A stretch of 64,000 nucleotides of DNA from Pirellulales bacterium (GTDB taxonomy: Bacteria; Planctomycetota; Planctomycetia; Pirellulales; UBA1268), in NCBI GenBank assembly GCA_016779265.1, contig JADHNY010000009.1, positions 1,517 to 65,516 on the forward strand, written 5' to 3'. The position numbers and the translations under genes were made by a program. Under the pieces are notes generated by a model, which was not told where the DNA came from, did no database searches, and saw only the letters and a program-made list of their open reading frames with translations. How positions within the stretch are numbered: position 1 is the stretch's first letter; every line of letters starts with the position of its first letter. Below, piece by piece: positions 58,937 through 64,000 of the stretch.

Positions 58937-59434
58937 TCAGCTGGAAGCCACTTGTTCGTCGGCTGGAAACGAGTAGCGAGCCAGTGTGGCGGCGATCTCC
59001 TCGGGTACCGGAACCCCCTGCAGTCGCTGGCCTTCCCCGTGTTGCACCCGACATCGGACCGTCACCACACGTCCGGTGGCCACAAGTCGCCCTTCGTGCG
59101 TAAAGCGAAAGCGGTAGGTCACGCTCTTGCCGCCGACCCGTTCCACGCCCGCCTCGATATCGATCACATCGCCGAAGCGAATCGCAGATGCGTAGTCACA
59201 GGAGACAGAGACCCGAGGCCAGCTTTCGATTGAGCCGTCGGGTCTCTCGTCCATGACCGCAATGCCCGCATCCCGCAGCAGTTCATGCTCCACAGACTCC
59301 ATCCAAAGCATGAATGAAGAAAAGTGGACAATCCCTGCAGCGTCAGAATCGACAAACTCCACGCGACGACGCGTCTTCAATGGCGATGGCGTGGAGGAAC
59401 CCACAGGCGACTCGTCGGTAGGACAGTTCTTCAA
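58937..59434 (-). CDS. 4HBT/YbgC-family hot-dog thioesterase
   Basis: RVEFVDSDAAGIVHFS...ME, WPRV...CDY. Confidence 0.88.
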   Translation of the reverse strand: MKNCPTDESPVGSSTPSPLKTRRRVEFVDSDAAGIVHFSSFMLWMESVEHELLRDAGIAVMDERPDGSIESWPRVSVSCDYASAIRFGDVIDIEAGVERVGGKSVTYRFRFTHEGRLVATGRVVTVRCRVQHGEGQRLQGVPVPEEIAATLARYSFPADEQVASS

Positions 59435-59532
59435 TACGCCAGGCCCGAAACCGCAGTTTTAAAAAACAATGCCGAGTCGGCACTGCCAGAGACTGCTGGA
59501 AGGGGGGCACCTGAAGGGAAACTGCCAGAGGG

Positions 59533-59808
59533 CTATTCAGAAACGTATGGCAGGAGCGCCATGAAGCGTGCCCGCTTCACCGCCAGCGTGACCGCGTGCT
59601 GACTGGCGGCAGTACAGCCACTCTTGCGTCGCGACAGCAGTTTGCCCTGTCGATTGACCATCTTCCCAAGCAGATCGAGATCCTTGTAGTCGACATACAT
59701 CGGACGGGGACGAACGCCGTCGATGAAGATGGGATCCTTCTTCTTCGCTTTGATCTTCGGCTTGGCCTTACGCTTGGAAGCCTTGGCACGGGAGCGGGGA
59801 GGGGGCAT
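59533..59808 (-). CDS. rpsR: 30S ribosomal protein S18
   Basis: VDYKDLDLL, GKLLSRRKSG, Q...AVKRARFMALLPY. Confidence 0.95.
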   Translation of the reverse strand: MPPPRSRAKASKRKAKPKIKAKKKDPIFIDGVRPRPMYVDYKDLDLLGKMVNRQGKLLSRRKSGCTAASQHAVTLAVKRARFMALLPYVSE

Positions 59809-59950
59809 AAACGCGTCGAACCTTCAAACAGGTGAGAGATCGGGAAATCCGGAAAGCCGAAGAATAGCGTCTCCGCCATTTTCTTGCGAGCCCCACTGCA
59901 CGACCGCGTACAACAGCAACTCGACTGAACGAAGACTCGGCATCCGCTTC

Positions 59951-60001
59951 AAAAAATAAGAATCCGTTCGGGCCAGCCATCACAAGCCTGACCCGAACGG
60001 A
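59951..60001 (-). terminator. intrinsic terminator of the RRM gene
   Basis: Minus strand tccgttcgggtcaggc...gctggcccgaacgga hairpin followed by ttcttatttttt. Confidence 0.75.
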
Positions 60002-60057
60002 ATGACTGCATCGTGGTGACCGAGGCCACCCGTTGTCACGTCAGTGGACGACAGGGA

Positions 60058-60408
60058 TTAATAACGATCCCCACCGCGGTAGCCGCCGCCACCGCCGCCG
60101 CCACCGTAACCACCACGGCCGCCACCGCCGCCGGGACGACCACCGCCACCCGGACGAGGAGTCCGCTCGCGGGCTTCGTTCACCGTCAACGCGCGACCAC
60201 CCATGTCGTGACCATTGAGAGCGTCAATCGCTGCCTGCGAACCCTCGTCGCTCTCCATCTCGACAAATCCGAACCCACGAGACCGCCCCGTCTCACGATC
60301 GGAAATCACCTCTGCACTACGAACCGCGCCGTGAGCCGCAAACATCGCCTCAAGATCAGCGGACGTGGTGGACCAGGGCAGGTTCCCCACGTAAATCTTC
60401 CGAGCCAT
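60058..60408 (-). CDS. RRM RNA-binding protein with Gly-rich tail
   Basis: RNP2 IYVGNL, RNP1 RGFGFVEM, C-terminal GGRGGYGGG. Confidence 0.95.
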   Translation of the reverse strand: MARKIYVGNLPWSTTSADLEAMFAAHGAVRSAEVISDRETGRSRGFGFVEMESDEGSQAAIDALNGHDMGGRALTVNEARERTPRPGGGGRPGGGGGRGGYGGGGGGGGYRGGDRY

Positions 60409-60639
60409 AAACTCAAACCTCAAAAGCCGGGAGTTGTTCTCGAACACTCTTGTGATCGACACTCGCCACGTGCACGCAACCGCAACTCCCAACGGATTTC
60501 AGTGCAGACAAGGGTCGGCAAAACTTGAAAGGTTCTAGCATGTCAAGACCCCCTCGGCAACTTCCTGCCGGCAGCCAAAACCGCTTTTTTTCAGTCCGTG
60601 GTCCCTGGGGGGCAAACCAGCGGGGTCGGCGAATGACGC

Positions 60640-60924
60640 TCAGCCACCGCTGCCGCGGTCCTGCCTCTGCCACTCGCCGCACCAATCAGCAGCTTCCGTG
60701 GACGGCCAAAGGCCAACGTGGACCATCTTTTCGTCTTCAATTTCAGGCAAAACTGGAGGCATTCGCTTGCACTGCCCCCAGTCTGGGCCGGGCCCATCAC
60801 GACCCGCCCGCCGCCAGAAGCGACAGTTCCAGCAACCCGGAGCCGGAGAGGAGGTGGCCCCTCCATCATCGGCTGCTTCACCAGGCTGATCAGGATCCTC
60901 TGGCAGCATTTCACGCCGAATCAT
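60640..60924 (-). CDS. small four-Cys protein (CxxC...C...WC)
   Basis: CWNCRFW...GQCKRMPP...WPST...DWCGEW; AGGAGG RBS, 4-nt overlap with the upstream gene. Confidence 0.75.
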   Translation of the reverse strand: MIRREMLPEDPDQPGEAADDGGATSSPAPGCWNCRFWRRAGRDGPGPDWGQCKRMPPVLPEIEDEKMVHVGLWPSTEAADWCGEWQRQDRGSGG

Positions 60925-61178
60925 GCCTGACCTCCTGATTTCCGGCGGAGCTCACCTCCCCAAGACCCGACGGGGTCTGCATAGGTGCAACTCACACTCA
61001 AGGTGGCAAACGAAGCGAGAAAGACGGCGCTCATCGCCGCGATCATCCGCCACAACTGCTCCCGGCTGTCATCATCGAGAACAGATGTCCAGATCATCAC
61101 CAGGCCCTGCACAGCACCTGCCACGATCGACACTATGGCGATCGCGAAGCAGACCTTGTTGAGCAGGCCGAGGTTCAT
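60921..61178 (-). CDS. small two-TM membrane protein
   Basis: Two hydrophobic helices (CFAIAIVSIVAGAVQGLVMIW; MIAAMSAVFLASFATLSV); coupled to the downstream gene. Confidence 0.65.
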   Translation of the reverse strand: MNLGLLNKVCFAIAIVSIVAGAVQGLVMIWTSVLDDDSREQLWRMIAAMSAVFLASFATLSVSCTYADPVGSWGGELRRKSGGQA

Positions 61179-61255
61179 AATCAAGGCTGCCGAGGGAGAG
61201 CACGGCGGCCGCATGCCTCAGCACACGCCCTCGCTGAAACACTCAAAATAAGCAG

Positions 61256-61329
61256 TGGGCGGCACAGGATTCGAACCTGTGACCTCTACGGTGTGAACGT
61301 AGCGCTCTAACCAACTGAGCTAGCCGCCC
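61256..61329 (-). tRNA. tRNA-Val(CAC), CCA not encoded
   Basis: Reverse complement GGGCGGCTAGCTCAGTTGGTTAGAGCG-CTACG-TTCACAC-CGTAG-AGGTC-ACAGGTTCGAATCCTGT-GCCGCCCA folds as a cloverleaf. Confidence 0.97.
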
Positions 61330-61547
61330 GACACGCCAACCCCGACTTTCAGGGGCTGACAGTGGACGAACGATACCAACTACACACGGGGAACAGCAAT
61401 CCCCTCAGCTTCTCACTGCAGCTCGGTTTTCAAAATCCTGCGTGAACGCCCCAGCACATTCCGCGTGGTCACGGCAGCCTTGCACACGAGAGGCTGTCCC
61501 CGCGAGAAACGATCTCCCACTCGCCTGATGAAGGCTTCGGGGCACAC

Positions 61548-61802
61548 TCAGGTCGGCGGATCAAATCGTGGAGATGACGACGCGGTGTCGTCATCACGGC
61601 GAGCCGGCCGCTGAGAGACAGCACTCACGTCATCCCGCATCGCCGCAGAAATGTCGACCTCTTTGGTGATCGACTGCATCGACCGCTTCATCTCGCCGAT
61701 GGTCTTGCCGAACGAGCGGCCGACCTCAGGCAACCGCTTCCCGTAGATCATCACGGCAATCGCACCGATCACGCAGATCTCAAGCGGACCGAGTCCAAAC
61801 AT
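61548..61802 (-). CDS. TatA/TatB-family subunit
   Basis: MFGLGPLEICVIGAIAVMIYGKRLPEVGRSFGKTIGEMK. Confidence 0.88.
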   Translation of the reverse strand: MFGLGPLEICVIGAIAVMIYGKRLPEVGRSFGKTIGEMKRSMQSITKEVDISAAMRDDVSAVSQRPARRDDDTASSSPRFDPPT

Positions 61803-61815
61803 GCTGCTTCGCCAC

Positions 61816-62031
61816 CTACTTGGCGGTGGCGTCCTGGTTGCTCTCGTCTTCGATGCCCTGCACACCCCGCTTGAACTCGACGATGCCTTGTCCGAGGGAC
61901 CGCATCACCTTCGGGAGACGCGACCCAAACAGCAGCAAGATGACGCCCGACACCACGAGCAGCTCGACCGTTCCCAGGCCCATAAACCCGAGCACTGGTA
62001 CGCCCAAGAAAACTGAGGAAAGCACGAACAC
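61816..62031 (-). CDS. tatA: twin-arginine translocase subunit TatA (start GTG 62031 or ATG 61983)
   Basis: GLGTVELLVV...LLLFGSRLPKVMRSLGQGIVEFKRGV. Confidence 0.9.
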   Translation of the reverse strand: MFVLSSVFLGVPVLGFMGLGTVELLVVSGVILLLFGSRLPKVMRSLGQGIVEFKRGVQGIEDESNQDATAK

Positions 62032-62279
62032 AGCGGGAGCCTCCATGAAGTTTGGCCGGGGGCGTTGAGCACCCCCACGCCTTGGCAGCCTCTGCGGAAA
62101 ACCGCTGAAAACCGCACTAGGTAAGTCTATTCCACCACCCACACCGGTCAAACGAGCTCACCAAGCGTTGGAAAAACCGGGAGACGTGGCTGCGGACGCT
62201 CTGTCATGATCCTGTTCGCACACGAGAGACTGCAGACCTGCCTTACGCACAGTTCAGCAGCCCCCGCTGCCGTCAGAAG

Positions 62280-63947
62280 TCACTGCAGCCGCGAGCGATC
62301 CGTCTCGCGGGCGACTCGGGTTTCGCCTCCGATGTGCATCGGCAGGTAGCGGTAGTAGACCTCGAGCGTCATCACCGACAGGGCCGTGGAGTAGACCCGG
62401 CCTCCATGCCCTCCCCAGACGGGATCAGGATCCCAGCTGCCCTGCAGCTTTCCAGCATCCTTTCGCTGCAGCTGCAGGACGGCCGACTGCATCTGCGCGT
62501 TCCAACGCTCCCACTGCAGTCCACCGACGTGAAACGACGCGAGCGTTGCGTAGTACCAGGTGTAGGCATTGGGCCGGCTCGTCTCGGGTGGCGACTGTGC
62601 AAGCAGTTCCATCGCCTCTGACGCAGCAGGATGGTCAGGATCCATCCCAAGAAGCATTCGGCACAGGCAGGCTTCGGAGGTCATCGCCACACTCGGCCGC
62701 TCTCCCGGACGATATGAGGCGATGCCTCCAAACCGCCCAGACGAGACCCGATCCAAGAACGCCCAGGCTCGTGTTTCAGCCTCCTGGTGAGCCACGAGCC
62801 CTGCCAGTCTGCTGCTCCGCAGGGCCATCACCTGCCAGCCAAGCTGACTGGTGTCACCGGCATCGCCTGCCGCATATCGCCAGCCACCCGTCGCCGGGCT
62901 CTGCATCGAGAGGCTGTAGGCAATCGCTCGCTCTAGCACAGCCCGCAGCTCGACGTCAGCCGTGAGTGCGACTGTCTCGGCGATCGCAATCGTGGCTATG
63001 CCGTGGCAGTAGAGCGCCGCGAAGAACTCCGCATCTCCCGCCAAGGACCCATTCGCTGCTTGCCGTGAAACAAGAAAGTCGATGCCACGCTCAACCGACT
63101 CTGCGTACTGCCCCGAGCGGTGCGTGTTGCCGGCGCCGAGGAAGGCGAGAAGGGCCAGGCCGGTCACCCCATGATCACTCCGACTCCCCGCTCCACGGCG
63201 ATCACGGCCATCAATCGACCGCTCGATGCCCGCCTCATGCCGATCAGCATCCCAGCGGCCATCCGACGACTGCGCGGCAGAGAGCCAGGCGAGCCCCTCA
63301 CGTACCGCCCGCTCCGTGGCTTCGGAACCGCCCCGTGCAGCTGCTGCGGCCTGTCGCCGCTCACCAAAGCGGTCTGCATACGCGGCAGGGGGCTGCGGAG
63401 CCGCTGCAGCCTGCTGTTCGATCCCCTCGTCCGCTTCAGACGCTGCCTCCTGTGCATCGACGACCAGTGATTCCTCGCCGGTGTCGGCGGAGTCCGCAGC
63501 AGCCGACGTGAGTGCCTCCGGAGGGCTTTCTTCGCCCAGAGCATCTGGCTCATCGGCTTTCGCGAGTCCGACCCCCGCGAGAACTGCTTCACCAGACGGC
63601 TCCGCCTCGTCGGCCTCAGCGAGTTGGTCGTCAGCAATGACGTTGCTCTCTTCAGTGAGCGTAGGCTCGGCAGTCGGTGAGGCAGACAGCTCGTCGGCAG
63701 GCTCCTCGACCAGCACAACCATCATGGTCATCCGACCTTCCTCGGCAGTCCCCCACGAGGCTGGCCGCATGCCGCCCAGGGCAGCCACCACGACCGCTAA
63801 CAAGAGATGCACCCCGACCGAGAGCACCACACACTTCTTGAGCGTGTCAGACTGCAGCCAACGTGTTCGTGCCAGGAGCACAAGCCCAACCATCGCCGCG
63901 GCAAGCAGTACGGCCGCAATACCCCAGGCGGCAGGCAGGCTGCTCAT
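62280..63947 (-). CDS. membrane-anchored prenyltransferase/squalene-oxidase (QW) repeat protein
   Basis: Two N-terminal TM helices, acidic linker, GL.WL...QSSDGRW, TGLALLAFLGAG, GGWRY, GDTSQLGWQVMAL, GSWDP...GGRVYSTA; no DxDD motif. Confidence 0.85.
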   Translation of the reverse strand: MSSLPAAWGIAAVLLAAAMVGLVLLARTRWLQSDTLKKCVVLSVGVHLLLAVVVAALGGMRPASWGTAEEGRMTMMVVLVEEPADELSASPTAEPTLTEESNVIADDQLAEADEAEPSGEAVLAGVGLAKADEPDALGEESPPEALTSAAADSADTGEESLVVDAQEAASEADEGIEQQAAAAPQPPAAYADRFGERRQAAAAARGGSEATERAVREGLAWLSAAQSSDGRWDADRHEAGIERSIDGRDRRGAGSRSDHGVTGLALLAFLGAGNTHRSGQYAESVERGIDFLVSRQAANGSLAGDAEFFAALYCHGIATIAIAETVALTADVELRAVLERAIAYSLSMQSPATGGWRYAAGDAGDTSQLGWQVMALRSSRLAGLVAHQEAETRAWAFLDRVSSGRFGGIASYRPGERPSVAMTSEACLCRMLLGMDPDHPAASEAMELLAQSPPETSRPNAYTWYYATLASFHVGGLQWERWNAQMQSAVLQLQRKDAGKLQGSWDPDPVWGGHGGRVYSTALSVMTLEVYYRYLPMHIGGETRVARETDRSRLQ

Positions 63948-64000
63948 CGCATCACCGAGCCAGACGGCTTCGAGGCGACCGAGATTCCCACATGCCGAAT
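63944..64000 (-). CDS. 3' end of upstream gene, possibly ExbD/TolR-like
   Basis: ...IRHVGISVASKPSGSVMR* with ATGA overlap onto the next gene; only 18 codons visible. Confidence 0.35.
   Translation of the reverse strand: MRHVGISVASKPSGSVMR

Noticed and set aside
58793-61270. Possible genomic island bounded by the tRNA-Val 3' end (tgggcggca also at about 58793)
   Set aside because: Only a 9-bp match, the interval holds core genes (rpsR, RRM), and there is no integrase.
62280-63947. Second squalene-hopene or oxidosqualene cyclase
   Set aside because: Lacks the DxDD/DCTAE protonating motif and the two-domain cyclase length.

Overview
GC-rich, gene-dense core-genome window from a Planctomycetota bacterium, probably Pirellulales-like. 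The assignment is inferred from planctomycete-style hypothetical proteins, a Hanks-type kinase, an HTH-REC regulator and a QW-repeat protein. I found no transposase, integrase, CRISPR array or rRNA, and one tRNA-Val(CAC). Housekeeping genes include xylA (3' end), glnD, proC, trxA, guaB/guaA, ilvD, surE, ppc, pfk, ettA, queF/C/E, rpsR and two tatA-family genes. The dominant theme is membrane lipid and isoprenoid biology. (i) btaAB betaine-lipid genes follow a duplicated Pho-box-like motif. (ii) A split hopanoid pathway comprises hpnG-like, an in-frame HpnD-HpnE fusion, hpnC, ispH and shc-hpnH. (iii) The best candidate for an undescribed system is a co-oriented cluster at 45.0-50.2 kb: a TIM-barrel metalloenzyme, a non-HemN HemN-like radical SAM enzyme, a polyprenyl synthase fused to a Cys-containing DUF116-like domain, and a chorismate-lyase-like protein. 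It lies upstream of a two-component pair and shc-hpnH. A sigma-54-type promoter also precedes an RpoD-like sigma factor. All calls come from motif recognition by eye; no database searches were run.
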